A stretch of DNA of 64,000 bases from an uncultured Candidatus Binatia bacterium (GCA_965215605.1 OZ244070.1:2976001-3040000), one strand, 5' to 3'. Counted from the first letter of the stretch, positions 30,756 to 40,710 are shown. A program made the numbers and translations. The notes: a model not told the origin generated them from the letters alone.

Positions 30756-31592
30756 ATGGCAACCAAAGAATACCAGACGGTCCTGGTGGAGAAGGAGGAC
30801 GGCATCACCTGGGTGATCCTGAACCGTCCGGAAAAGCGGAACGCCATGAGCCCGCAGCTCCACTTCGACATGTACGACGCGGTCACCGAAGCCGAGGGAG
30901 ATCCCGAGACCCAGGTGATGGTCATCACCGGCGCCGGCAATAGCTGGTGCGCCGGCATGGATCTCAAGGAATTCTTCCGCGAGGGCGACAAGAACCCCGA
31001 GTTTCAGCGGAAGGTGGGCTGGGCCAGCCAGGAATGGCGCTGGCGCAAGCTCTTCACCTTTCCGAAGCCCACCATCGCCATGGTGAACGGCTTCTGCTTC
31101 GGCGGCGCCTTCACCCCGATGATCGCCTGCGACTTCGCCATCGCGTCGGAGGACGCGCTCTTCGGCCTGTCCGAGGTGAACTGGGGCATCCTGCCCGGCG
31201 GCCTGGTGAGCCGGGTGGTGACCGACATGATGACGCTCCGCGACGGCCTGTACCATGCCATGACCGGCGACCCGTTCGACGGCAAGAAGGCGGCGGAGAT
31301 GAGGCTCGTCACCTACGCGGTGCCGGCGGACCAACTCCGGGACGAGACCGTGAAGCTTGCGAAGAAGCTCATGGAGAAGAACCCCTGGGCGCTGCGGGCC
31401 ACCAAGCAGGCCTACAAGCTGGTGCGCGGCATGGACTACTCCCAGGCCGAGGACTATCTGGCCGCCAAGGAAGCCCAGATAAAGATGCAGGACCGGGAGA
31501 GCGGCTACGACGAGGGCATCAAGCAGTTCATCGACGACAAGACCTACAAGCCGGGTTTCGGTCCCATGGCCCGGGTCAACAAGGATTCCTAG
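30756..31592 (+). CDS. p-hydroxycinnamoyl-CoA hydratase/lyase, copy 1
   Basis: NRPEKRNAMSP, AGMDLKEFFRE, GFCFGGAFTP, LSEVNWGILPGG, EDYL, YKPG. Confidence 0.88.
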   Translation: MATKEYQTVLVEKEDGITWVILNRPEKRNAMSPQLHFDMYDAVTEAEGDPETQVMVITGAGNSWCAGMDLKEFFREGDKNPEFQRKVGWASQEWRWRKLFTFPKPTIAMVNGFCFGGAFTPMIACDFAIASEDALFGLSEVNWGILPGGLVSRVVTDMMTLRDGLYHAMTGDPFDGKKAAEMRLVTYAVPADQLRDETVKLAKKLMEKNPWALRATKQAYKLVRGMDYSQAEDYLAAKEAQIKMQDRESGYDEGIKQFIDDKTYKPGFGPMARVNKDS

Positions 31593-31615
31593 CCGGATGC
31601 GGCGGAACTTGCGCC

Positions 31616-31644
31616 TTGACTCCGCCGACGCGACTGCATAGAGT
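31616..31644 (+). promoter_or_regulatory. Sigma70-like promoter upstream of hydratase/lyase copy 2
   Basis: TTGACT-N17-TAGAGT, then AAGGAGG RBS. Confidence 0.5.
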
Positions 31645-31690
31645 TGGCAGAATTTCAATCACCTGAAGGTTCCAAGGAGGTATCGTTTTA

Positions 31691-32527
31691 ATGGCGACGA
31701 AAGAATACAAGACAGTGCTGGTGGAGAAGGAGGACGGCATCACTTGGGTCATCCTCAACCGTCCGGAAAAGCGGAACGCCATGAGTCCGCAGCTCCACTT
31801 CGACATGTATGACGCGGTGACGGAATGCGAGGGGGATCCGGAAACGCAGGTCATGGTCATCACCGGCGCGGGCAATAGCTGGTGCGCCGGCCAGGACCTC
31901 CGGGAATACTTCCGCGAAGGCGACAAGAACCCGGCGCTCCGCCGGCAGGCGAGCTGGTGCAGCCAGGAATGGCGCTGGCGCAAGCTCTTCACCTTTTCCA
32001 AGCCCACCATCGCCATGGTGAACGGCTTCTGCTTCGGCGGCGCCTTCACCCCGCTGGTGGCCTGTGACTTCGCCATCGCCTCCGAGGACGCGATCTTCGG
32101 GCTGTCCGAGGTCAACTGGGGCATTCTGCCCGGCGGACTCGTGAGCCGGGTGGTCACCGACATGCTGAGCCTGCGGGACGGCCTGTACCATGCCATGACC
32201 GGCGATCCGTTCGATGGCAAGAAGGCGGCGGAGATGCGGCTGGTGAACTACGCGGTGCCGGCGGACCAGCTCCGGGACGAGACCGTGAAGCTGGCGAAGA
32301 AGCTCATGGAGAAGAACCCCTGGGCGCTGCGGGCCACCAAGCAAGCCTACAAGCTGGTGCGCAGCATGGACTATTCCCAGGCCGAGGATTATCTCGCGGC
32401 CAAGGGCGCCCAGATCAAGCTGCAGGACCGGGAGAGCGGCTACGACGAGGGGATCAAGCAGTTCATCGACGACAAGACCTACAAGCCGGGCCTGGGCCCC
32501 ATGGCCCGGGTCAACAAGGCTTCCTAG
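31691..32527 (+). CDS. p-hydroxycinnamoyl-CoA hydratase/lyase, copy 2
   Basis: Same 278-aa length and motifs as copy 1; AGQDLREYFRE. Confidence 0.88.
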   Translation: MATKEYKTVLVEKEDGITWVILNRPEKRNAMSPQLHFDMYDAVTECEGDPETQVMVITGAGNSWCAGQDLREYFREGDKNPALRRQASWCSQEWRWRKLFTFSKPTIAMVNGFCFGGAFTPLVACDFAIASEDAIFGLSEVNWGILPGGLVSRVVTDMLSLRDGLYHAMTGDPFDGKKAAEMRLVNYAVPADQLRDETVKLAKKLMEKNPWALRATKQAYKLVRSMDYSQAEDYLAAKGAQIKLQDRESGYDEGIKQFIDDKTYKPGLGPMARVNKAS

Positions 32528-32559
32528 CTCTATAGGGATACCGACGAGTGTCACGTGGA

Positions 32560-32595
32560 GGGGCTCCGGTCCGGACGGTCCCGGACCGGAGCCCC
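32560..32595. other. Perfect 15-bp GC-rich hairpin upstream of tctC
   Basis: GGGGCTCCGGTCCGG-ACGGTC-CCGGACCGGAGCCCC, no U tract. Confidence 0.7.
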
Positions 32596-32640
32596 CAACG
32601 CCGGACGACGGCAATCACTGACCCAAGGAGGGAGCAAGCG

Positions 32641-33732
32641 ATGAAGTCCACATTACAGAAAGCCGTGCTATCCATTATTGCCGTGCTCGTGTTTGGGCTT
32701 TTGCTGGGGACCCAGGCGTCCGCGGCGGACAAGCCCTTCTACCAGGGCAAGACGCTGAAGCTCATCGTCGACTACTCGGCGGGTGGACCCACCGACATCG
32801 AGTGCCGGATCTACGCCCGTCATCTCAAGAAGCACTTGGCGGGCGACCCCACCATCGTGATCCAGAACCGCGCGGGAGGCGGCGGCAACCTGGCCATGAA
32901 CTGGCTTTACGAGCGGGCGCGGCGAAACGGCACCATAATGGGTTGCCAGACCGCCAGCGGCCGGTACCAGGAATGGTACGTGGGCGATCCCAAAAAGGCC
33001 GGTCTCCGGGCCAACATGGAGGAGATCATTCCGGTCATGTTCACGCCCGTCGTGAGTGTCGGCGTGGCCAGGAAGGACCTCGATCCGCCGCTCAACAATT
33101 TGGACGATCTCAAGAAAGCCAAGAGCTTCAACGTCGGTGGATTCCGCGCGGACAGCAGCAAGGACCTCAAGTTCCGCACACTGTTCGACCTCGCGGGCAT
33201 CAAGTTCAACTATGTCACGGGGTACCAGGGCTCGTCGGACCTGCTGGCGGCGTTCCTGCGCAAGGAGCTCGACTACGTGGACGGCAGCACGCCGTTCTAT
33301 ATCCCGCGGGTGAAGCCCATCGCCGTGGACAAGGGGACCGCCGTTCCGCTGTGGTACGGCAGCGACGCCCAGATCCCGGCCATCGCGCCGGGCGTGCCCG
33401 CGCGTGAGTTCGTCAAGCGGCTCTCGGGCAAGGAACCCGCCGGCCCGCTGTGGCAGCTCTTTCAGATCCTGACGAGCTACCGTCAGATCCTGGCGCCTCC
33501 GGAGACCCCGAAGGCAGCGGTGGAAGCGGTGCGTACCGCCTTCATCGCCATGAACAAGGATCCCGCGTTCCGCGCCGAGTACAAGAAGTCCGTCGGTATC
33601 GAGCCGCACATGTTGACCTCGGCCAAGGACCTCGAGAAGTCCATGGTGCCGTGGAAGACGGCCGGCGAGGAGATGAAGAAGTTCCGCGCCAACTACGTGG
33701 AAGAAGGGCGTAAGCTCGCGGCCAAGAAGTAG
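32641..33732 (+). CDS. tctC: Tripartite tricarboxylate transporter substrate-binding protein (TctC/Bug)
   Basis: Signal peptide; FYQGKTLKLIVDYSAGGPTD, NRAGGGG, GYQGS, APPETPK. Confidence 0.85.
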   Translation: MKSTLQKAVLSIIAVLVFGLLLGTQASAADKPFYQGKTLKLIVDYSAGGPTDIECRIYARHLKKHLAGDPTIVIQNRAGGGGNLAMNWLYERARRNGTIMGCQTASGRYQEWYVGDPKKAGLRANMEEIIPVMFTPVVSVGVARKDLDPPLNNLDDLKKAKSFNVGGFRADSSKDLKFRTLFDLAGIKFNYVTGYQGSSDLLAAFLRKELDYVDGSTPFYIPRVKPIAVDKGTAVPLWYGSDAQIPAIAPGVPAREFVKRLSGKEPAGPLWQLFQILTSYRQILAPPETPKAAVEAVRTAFIAMNKDPAFRAEYKKSVGIEPHMLTSAKDLEKSMVPWKTAGEEMKKFRANYVEEGRKLAAKK

Positions 33733-33746
33733 GCCATCAACCGTGT

Positions 33747-33780
33747 CCCGTTGCCGGCCGCCTCGTGGGCCGGCAACGGG
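33747..33780. other. Perfect 13-bp hairpin between tctC and tctA
   Basis: CCCGTTGCCGGCC-N8-GGCCGGCAACGGG. Confidence 0.7.
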
Positions 33781-33810
33781 TACTCCCAACCAGCTTAACG
33801 CCCACGCAGC

Positions 33811-35283
33811 ATGCTAGAAGCAGCCCAACTGGGACTTCAGGGTGTCCTCTCCTGGCCGGCCTTCGGCTATCTGTTGCTGGGTATCACTCTGGGTGTCTTT
33901 TTCGGAATGGTTCCAGGCCTCTCGGGACTCTCCGGGATGGCCATCCTGCTGCCGTTCACTTTTGATCTTCAACCCTACGAGGCCATGGCGCTGCTCATGG
34001 GCATGTACGCCATTACCTCGACGTCGGACACCATATCGTCGGTTCTGTTGGGCGTCCCCGGCACCGCCGGCTCCCAAGCCACCATCATGGATGGCTACCC
34101 GTTGGCGAAGAAGGGGGAGGCGGCGCGGGCGTTCGGCGCCGCCTACACGGTGTCGGGCTTCGGCGGCGTGGTGGGCGCCATCCTGCTGGTCTTCTCGATA
34201 CCGATCCTGAGCCCCTTGGTGCTCTCTTTCGGCGCCCCGGAGTTCTTCCTCCTGGGCGTGCTGGGCATGGCCATGGTGGGGGCCTTGAGCGGCAACGCTC
34301 CGGCCAAGGGCATCCTGGTGGGCCTGTTGGCGTTGCAGCTCTCCATGATCGGCTATTCGCCCCAGGACGGCATCCCGCGCTTCTGGTTCGGCGCGCCCTA
34401 TCTCCTGGAAGGGCTTCCCATCGTCCCGTGCGTGCTGGGTCTGTTCTCGCTTCCCGAGGTGGTGGAGCTGGCGGTACGTCGCGGCACCCTGTCGGAAGTG
34501 CCGGAGATGGGGAAGGGGCTCTGGGACGGGGTGCGCGACGCCGCGCGTAACTGGTGGCTGGCGCTCCGGTGCGCGGTCATCGGCGCCTACATCGGTTTCA
34601 TCCCCGGTCTCGGGGCCAGCATCGTCGACTGGGTGGCCTACGGCCACGCGGTCCAGTCCAACAAGGACCCGAAGGCGGAATTCGGCAAGGGCGAGATACG
34701 GGGCGTCATCGCGCCGGAGGCCGCCAACAACGCCATGAAGGGCGGCTCGCTGATCCCCACCATCGCGTTCGGTATCCCCGGAAGCGCCACCATGGCCATC
34801 CTGCTGGGCGCCTTCCTGATCCACGGCATCTACCCGGGCCCCGAGCTTCTCAGCACCCGTCTCGACGTCACGTTCTCGGTGATCTGGGCGCTGGTCATCG
34901 CCAACGTCCTGACCGCCATCCTGCTGATGGGGTGCACGAACCAACTCGCCAAGGTCACCACCATACGCGGCAGCATTCTCATCCCCATCATCGTGGTTCT
35001 CGTGTTCATGGGTTCCTGGATGGCGACGCAGGAGCTTGGAGACTGGCTCGTGTTGATCGGCCTGGGAGCCTTGGGTTATCTCATGAAGCGGTGGGGCTGG
35101 CCGAGGCCGCCCATTGCCTTGGGCATCGTCCTGGGTCCGATCATGGAACGTTACCTCGATATCAGCGTCAGCCGTTATGGCTGGGCGTGGCTGTGGACCC
35201 GGCCCATCGCCATCATCCTGATCCTGATGACCCTGGCGACGCTCTACTATGCGATGCGAGCCCAGGCGCGCAAGAAGGCGTGA
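33811..35283 (+). CDS. tctA: Tripartite tricarboxylate transporter permease TctA
   Basis: GMVPGL, VPGTAGSQATIMDGYPLAKKG, APEAANNA, IPTIAFGIPGS. Confidence 0.92.
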   Translation: MLEAAQLGLQGVLSWPAFGYLLLGITLGVFFGMVPGLSGLSGMAILLPFTFDLQPYEAMALLMGMYAITSTSDTISSVLLGVPGTAGSQATIMDGYPLAKKGEAARAFGAAYTVSGFGGVVGAILLVFSIPILSPLVLSFGAPEFFLLGVLGMAMVGALSGNAPAKGILVGLLALQLSMIGYSPQDGIPRFWFGAPYLLEGLPIVPCVLGLFSLPEVVELAVRRGTLSEVPEMGKGLWDGVRDAARNWWLALRCAVIGAYIGFIPGLGASIVDWVAYGHAVQSNKDPKAEFGKGEIRGVIAPEAANNAMKGGSLIPTIAFGIPGSATMAILLGAFLIHGIYPGPELLSTRLDVTFSVIWALVIANVLTAILLMGCTNQLAKVTTIRGSILIPIIVVLVFMGSWMATQELGDWLVLIGLGALGYLMKRWGWPRPPIALGIVLGPIMERYLDISVSRYGWAWLWTRPIAIILILMTLATLYYAMRAQARKKA

Positions 35284-35328
35284 CACACGCCGTATGACAA
35301 TCGGCGAATCGAGAGCCTGTCGAGGTTT

Positions 35329-35847
35329 GTGATGGTACGACGGATCCGCGAGCACTACATTGAAAGCCTGTTCATACTCGCCTTGGCGGTGATGTTCGCC
35401 GCCGGCGTGGTCACGGCCAGGGAGTGGCCGGGGAAGACGGCATTGTTTCCCACGCTGATCGGAACTGCCGGCTGTGTCATCGCCGTGATCCTTTCGCTGT
35501 GGACGGGGATCCGGGGCGGGGAGGAGAAGGCCCCGGACGGGCCCGGGGGAGCCGCGGACATTTTCCTCGACGTGAACCTACGCAGCGGCGAGGCACTGAA
35601 ACGGACCATCTTCATCTGCTTTTGGCTGATGGGGATATTCGCAGGCACTTGGCTCCTGGGACAGCTCATCGCGTTGCCGTTGTTCGTCTTTCTCTACCTG
35701 AAGGTTGGATCGGATGAAGGATGGCTCCTGTCCCTGGGCCTCACGGCGGGCGCCATCGCCTTCCTGTACGGGGTGTTCGATCAGGTGATCCACGCCTCGT
35801 GGTACGAGGGGGAGTTGTTCCGCTTCCTGGGTATCGAGCTGTTCTAG
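35329..35847 (+). CDS. tctB: TctB family small membrane subunit
   Basis: 4-5 hydrophobic segments; LFPTLIG; position after tctA. Confidence 0.75.
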   Translation: MMVRRIREHYIESLFILALAVMFAAGVVTAREWPGKTALFPTLIGTAGCVIAVILSLWTGIRGGEEKAPDGPGGAADIFLDVNLRSGEALKRTIFICFWLMGIFAGTWLLGQLIALPLFVFLYLKVGSDEGWLLSLGLTAGAIAFLYGVFDQVIHASWYEGELFRFLGIELF

Positions 35848-35960
35848 AAAAGAAGGTTCGAGTAAAGAAACCACTCGCCAACACCATCCGGCAATGACAA
35901 CCAAGACGTGACCGGCGCGGACCTCTGCCCGCCGGCACCTTCATCGAAAGAAGAAGAGAC

Positions 35961-38036
35961 ATGACCGAAACGACGGAAAGAACCACCATTCTCCCGGCAG
36001 CCAACCTGCTCCACGCCAAGAGCGTGGCCATCGTCGGCGCCTCCCCCAAGGGCAACTGGCCCAACCTGCTCTTTCACAGCCTCAAGGCGGCAGAGTTTCC
36101 GGGAAACGTCTTCCTGATCAATCCCAACTACGAGGAGCTCTGGGACGCGCCCTGCTACCCGAGCCTGGAGGCGCTTCCGGAGCCGCCCGAGCACCTGTTG
36201 ATGCTGGTGCCGAGCCGCGCGGTGATCCCGACCCTCAAAACGGCCGCGCCGCTGGGGGTCAAGGCGGCCACCATCTACAGCGCGGGCTTCGGCGAGGGCA
36301 CCGATCCCACGAGCCACGAGCGTGGCCGGGAGCTGGCGGAGTTCTGCGAAGAGAGCGGCATCGTCTGTTGCGGCCCCAACTGCATGGGCGCGGCGTCGGT
36401 GAACCAGCGCATGATGACCTATGCCCAGCGCCAGCCGTTGCTCAAGCCCGGCCCCGTGGCCGCGGTGTTCCAGAGCGGCGGCTCCCTGGGCAACTGGATG
36501 AAGGGCGCGGCGGAGCGCGGCGTCGGCTTCAGCTACGCCATTTCCAGCGGCAACGAGGTGAGCCTGGACGTGGTCGACTACATGTCCTTTCTCATCGACA
36601 ACGAGGAGACCAAGGTCATCCTGCTGATGGTGGAGGGCATACGGCGCCCGAACACGTTCCTGGAGACCGCCGCCCGTGCGCTGGAGAAGGACAAGCCCGT
36701 CATCGTGGTGAAGCTCGGCCGCTCGGAGATGGGGAAACGCCAGGCCATCTCCCACACCGGCTCCCTGGCGGGCGACGACGAGGTCTTCTCGGCGGCGTGT
36801 GACCGCTACGGCATGGTGCGCTGTCACAGCCTGGAGGATCTGACGGAGATGACACTGGCGTTCCTGCCGGGCCGGCGCCCCCGGGGCGGGCGCGCGGCCA
36901 TCGTGGTGAACTCCGGCGGCATGAAGGGGATCCTGCTGGACCACATCGAGGAGGTGGGCATCGAGCTGGCCACCTTGAGTGATGCCTCCAACGCGGCCCT
37001 GCGGCCGCTCATCCCCGACGACCTGATGGTGGAGAACCCCCTGGAGTGCGGCGTCGCCGGCTTCGGCAACGAGAACACCTTCGCCGAGATCGTGCGCATC
37101 CACGCCGAGGACGACGGCGTGGACCTGCTGGCCATTCACGGCGAGCTGCCGCGGTTCGGCGAGAAACGCAACCCGGAGTTGCTCAAGAACATCTCCCGGA
37201 GCATCGACAAGCCCATCGTGGCCCACGCCCGCTCCACTTACAGCCTCATGGACGAGAGCCGCGCCTTTCAGGAGGCCTCGGAGATACCCCACCTCCAGGG
37301 CATCAGGGCGACGCTGCGGGCACTCAACGGACTGGGGGCCTACGGCCATCGCCGGCGCGTGGGTATCCCGGAACTCCCGGCGGCCGACGGCAAACCTCAA
37401 GACCTGGAGGGTGCTGTCTGGCAGGAGCGGTTGGCCGCCTGCGGCATCACACCGCCCAGGGAAGCGGTGGTCGATACTCCCGGGGACGCGGCCGCGAGGG
37501 CAGGGGAGATGGGCTTCCCCGTGGTGCTGAAGCTCCAGTCCCCGGAGGTGGTGCACAAGACCGAAGTGGGCGGCGTGGTGCTGGGGCTGGAATCCGCAGC
37601 CGCCGTGGAGCGGGCAGGGTCGGAGCTGCTGGCCAAGGGGCCGTCCGGGTCGAAGCTGCTGGTGCAGGAAATGGTGAGCGGCACCGAGGTCATCCTCGGA
37701 GCGCGGGTCGACCCCCAGTACGGCCCGTTCGTCATGGTGGGTCTGGGCGGAATCTTCGTGGAGGTGCTGAAGGACGTGGCGCTGCGGCTTATCCCGGTCA
37801 CCACCGAGGACGCGCAAGCGATGTTGCGGGATCTCAAGGGCTACGGGATTCTCGAAGGGGTCCGCGGACAGAAGCCCCGGGATGTCGGCGCGCTGACACG
37901 GGCGATCGTCGGCCTGTCCGGACTGTTTGCGGCGCATCGCGCCCACCTGAGCGATCTGGAGATCAATCCGCTGATGGTCAAGGAGGCGGGCTCGGGCGTG
38001 GCGGCCGTGGACGTGAGGATCGTCAGATACCCATAA
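35961..38036 (+). CDS. ADP-forming acyl-CoA synthetase (acetate--CoA ligase family)
   Basis: VAIVGAS, GPNCMG, QSGG, SHTGSLAG, NPLE, HKTEVGGV, EINPL. Confidence 0.9.
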   Translation: MTETTERTTILPAANLLHAKSVAIVGASPKGNWPNLLFHSLKAAEFPGNVFLINPNYEELWDAPCYPSLEALPEPPEHLLMLVPSRAVIPTLKTAAPLGVKAATIYSAGFGEGTDPTSHERGRELAEFCEESGIVCCGPNCMGAASVNQRMMTYAQRQPLLKPGPVAAVFQSGGSLGNWMKGAAERGVGFSYAISSGNEVSLDVVDYMSFLIDNEETKVILLMVEGIRRPNTFLETAARALEKDKPVIVVKLGRSEMGKRQAISHTGSLAGDDEVFSAACDRYGMVRCHSLEDLTEMTLAFLPGRRPRGGRAAIVVNSGGMKGILLDHIEEVGIELATLSDASNAALRPLIPDDLMVENPLECGVAGFGNENTFAEIVRIHAEDDGVDLLAIHGELPRFGEKRNPELLKNISRSIDKPIVAHARSTYSLMDESRAFQEASEIPHLQGIRATLRALNGLGAYGHRRRVGIPELPAADGKPQDLEGAVWQERLAACGITPPREAVVDTPGDAAARAGEMGFPVVLKLQSPEVVHKTEVGGVVLGLESAAAVERAGSELLAKGPSGSKLLVQEMVSGTEVILGARVDPQYGPFVMVGLGGIFVEVLKDVALRLIPVTTEDAQAMLRDLKGYGILEGVRGQKPRDVGALTRAIVGLSGLFAAHRAHLSDLEINPLMVKEAGSGVAAVDVRIVRYP

Positions 38037-38176
38037 GACCGCGGCGCCGGACCCCGCTCATCAGGCTCTCCGGGCCAACGGGCGGGTTCCAACAAACCTG
38101 AAGCAGTGGTGGATTCGACCCCGGCGCCGCACTACCGGTGCAGCCATGGCGCCGCACCGGTTCGACGCACGTCTGC

Positions 38177-38422
38177 ATGACCGTTCTTGAGAAGACCGCC
38201 GTGGTGCTGATAGCAGGGTCCTGGGTGGTGACCGCGGGGATCATGCTGCTGCCGTTCCTGGACATGGAGCATAACCTGCTGGTGGCGGCGGCTGTCGTCT
38301 ACTTCGTCAGCCAGGTAATCTTCTGGGCCGGTTGCCTGATCGGCGGGCGAGAGTTGGTCAGACGCTACCGTGAGCGGTTTCCGTGGCTTTCGTGGGTCAA
38401 CCGTTTGTGGCGAAAGGGGTGA
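38177..38422 (+). CDS. Small membrane protein (transporter-suffix-domain-like)
   Basis: Two TM helices ending SQVIFWAGCLIGGRELVRRYR. Confidence 0.55.
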   Translation: MTVLEKTAVVLIAGSWVVTAGIMLLPFLDMEHNLLVAAAVVYFVSQVIFWAGCLIGGRELVRRYRERFPWLSWVNRLWRKG

Positions 38423-38432
38423 ATGAGGCCGC

Positions 38433-38744
38433 TCAGGTCTCGAAATCGGGATAGCCTGCCGCGGCCGCCTTGGCCTTGTAGTCCTTCACCAGCTCTTCCC
38501 GGTCGACCTCTCTACGCCAGATGGCCTCGGTGAAGCTCCACAACAGGAACGGGTGCGCGCCCATGGCGTAGAGACTGCCGTAGTCGCGCCGCTCCAGGGC
38601 GCGCCGCTCTTCCGCGGTGAACTTGAGCCGTTCCCCCTTTTCCCATTCGGCCACGAAGCCCGGCGGGTTCTCCACGTAGGCGTCCTCCGCGGCCTCGTTC
38701 ATGTTCACCACGTGCATGAATTTGTTGACCAGGTACTTGCTCAC
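38433..38744 (-). CDS. LigA-like small subunit of a class III extradiol dioxygenase
   Basis: SKYLVNKF, EERRALERRDYGSLYAMGAHPFLL; overlaps the LigB-like gene. Confidence 0.75.
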   Translation of the reverse strand: MSKYLVNKFMHVVNMNEAAEDAYVENPPGFVAEWEKGERLKFTAEERRALERRDYGSLYAMGAHPFLLWSFTEAIWRREVDREELVKDYKAKAAAAGYPDFET

Positions 38745-39601
38745 AGGCCCGCTCCCTCTTCTTTTTGCTCCCAGGCGAAGAACGGAACCGCCGGGAACCC
38801 CGCGTCAAGCCCCTCGGCGTGCGTGGGGGATGCTCCCTTGGCCACCCCCATGGCCATCAGGAAGTTCAGGAATCCCATGGTCATGTTGCCCGAGGGGATC
38901 ATCTGCTCCAGGTTGCAGTCGCGAGCGGCGGCGTCGATGTCGCCGGTGGTGATCCATCCCACGGCCCGGGCGTCGAAGTCGGCGTCCATCAGACGCCGCT
39001 CGAACTGTCTGGGACCGCCCACCTCCAGGGACAAGTGACCGCTCACCAGGACGCCGACGCGCTTGTCGTCCGGCAGGCTGTCGATCACCGAGCGGATCGC
39101 CCGTCCCACCTCGTAGAAGCGCCGGGCGGCGGGCAGGGGCGGCGCGATGCAGTTGGTCAGGATGGGAACGATGGGAATGTCCATCTCCGGTCTGACGAAG
39201 AGCATGGGCACCACGATGGAGTGGTCCACGGTGAGTTCGCTGGAGTAGGCGAAGTCCACGCCCCGGTCGTACGCGCCTTCCAGAAGGCGATTGCAGAACT
39301 CCAGATCCCCGGGCAGGTCGCACTCCGGCAGCCCGAACTCCCGCACCTCGTCGTAAAAGGTGCCGTGGAAGCGGTCCATCTTGCCGATCATGAAGGCCGG
39401 CATGTTGTCCATGAAGAACTGATGCAGATGGTCGTTGCCGATGGTGATCAGCACGTCCGGCCTGTGCTGCGCCAGCTTGGCGCGCATCATCGCGATGCGT
39501 TCCTGGACCTTGGCCGCGCCTGGCGGCTGTTGGGCCATCTTGAACAGCTTGGGCATGAAGGGATTGTGGGTGATGCCGAGCATGGTGACGAGTTGTGCCA
39601 T
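38741..39601 (-). CDS. LigB-like class III extradiol dioxygenase subunit
   Basis: ITHNP, PDVLITIGNDH..QFF, VDHSIVVP, DADFD. Confidence 0.8.
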   Translation of the reverse strand: MAQLVTMLGITHNPFMPKLFKMAQQPPGAAKVQERIAMMRAKLAQHRPDVLITIGNDHLHQFFMDNMPAFMIGKMDRFHGTFYDEVREFGLPECDLPGDLEFCNRLLEGAYDRGVDFAYSSELTVDHSIVVPMLFVRPEMDIPIVPILTNCIAPPLPAARRFYEVGRAIRSVIDSLPDDKRVGVLVSGHLSLEVGGPRQFERRLMDADFDARAVGWITTGDIDAAARDCNLEQMIPSGNMTMGFLNFLMAMGVAKGASPTHAEGLDAGFPAVPFFAWEQKEEGAGL

Positions 39602-39666
39602 CGATTCGCCTCCTTGGTCTCCTTGATCTCATCCGGACCCCGTCGCGCCTGCCTCCAGGGAAAAGC

Positions 39667-40710
39667 CTAGCCCAGCGTGGGGTCGAGGACAATCTTGCCG
39701 ATGATGCCGCCCCGCTCAAGCAGTTCGTGCGCCTTCTTGACCTCCTCCAGGGGCAGGGTGCGGTCGATAATGGCTCGGACCGCGCCCTGGCCGGCCAGCG
39801 ACAGGGCCAGCTCCACATCCTTGCGGGTCGCTCCAGGCTGCCCGGTGATGCGGATGCGCCTGAGGTAGAGGCGTTTCACGTCCAAGGGCACGGTGCCGCC
39901 GCCGTGGGCCCCCGCGGTGACCAGACGGCCGGCGAAAGCGATGCTGTTGAAGGCCCCCGGCCACAGCGTCGGGTCGGCGATGTTCTCGAACAGCACGTCG
40001 ACGCCGTGGCCGTCGGTGATGCGGAGCACTTCCCGTTCCAGATCCTGCTCCCGGTAGTTGACCATGAACTCGGCGCCGTACTCCCGGGCGGCCTCCGCCC
40101 GCGAATCGGCGCCGGCGGCGGCGATGACCCGGGCGCCCTGGTGCCGGGCGATCTGCACCCCGCAACTGCCCAGGGCTCCTGCCGCCCCCATGATCAGCGC
40201 CCATTCGCCCTTTTCGAGCTTCGCGTGGCTGAGCAGCAGGTTGATGGCCGTGGGAAAGTGCCGCGTGACCACCGAGGCTTCACCAAAGGAGAGGTTGTCC
40301 GGGATGGGGAAGACGTTCTCCACCGGCACGGTTACGTACTCCGCGTAGCCGCCCCAGCGGTCGAGCCCGAGATGCTTGCTCCGAGGGCACGAGTCTTCCC
40401 GGCCCATCCGGCAGAAGCGGCAGTCGCCGCAGCGCATCGACGCCACCACGGACACGCGCTCGCCGCGGCGCGTTGGCGGCACCCCGTCGCCCGTGGCCAC
40501 GATCACCCCCGCCGGGTCGGTGCCGAGCACCAGCGGGAACCGCAGGTCGGTGCGGTACCCGCCTTGCCGTACCGCGATATCCAGCGTCTGATTGACCGAG
40601 ACGGAATGCACCTCGATCAACACCTCGCCGGCGGCGGGCGACGGGGTGGGAAGCTGCTCCATCCGCAGCACCTCCGCGTCGCCGAACTCCCTCAAGGTGA
40701 CGGCTTTCAT
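39667..40710 (-). CDS. Zinc-binding MDR dehydrogenase/reductase
   Basis: MKAVTLREFG, structural Zn CGDCRFC..C, GAAGALG, GKIVL. Confidence 0.88.
   Translation of the reverse strand: MKAVTLREFGDAEVLRMEQLPTPSPAAGEVLIEVHSVSVNQTLDIAVRQGGYRTDLRFPLVLGTDPAGVIVATGDGVPPTRRGERVSVVASMRCGDCRFCRMGREDSCPRSKHLGLDRWGGYAEYVTVPVENVFPIPDNLSFGEASVVTRHFPTAINLLLSHAKLEKGEWALIMGAAGALGSCGVQIARHQGARVIAAAGADSRAEAAREYGAEFMVNYREQDLEREVLRITDGHGVDVLFENIADPTLWPGAFNSIAFAGRLVTAGAHGGGTVPLDVKRLYLRRIRITGQPGATRKDVELALSLAGQGAVRAIIDRTLPLEEVKKAHELLERGGIIGKIVLDPTLG

Noticed and set aside
38105-38140. GGATTCGACCCC segment resembling a tRNA T-arm or att site
   Set aside because: No cloverleaf, no CCA end, no duplicate and no integrase nearby
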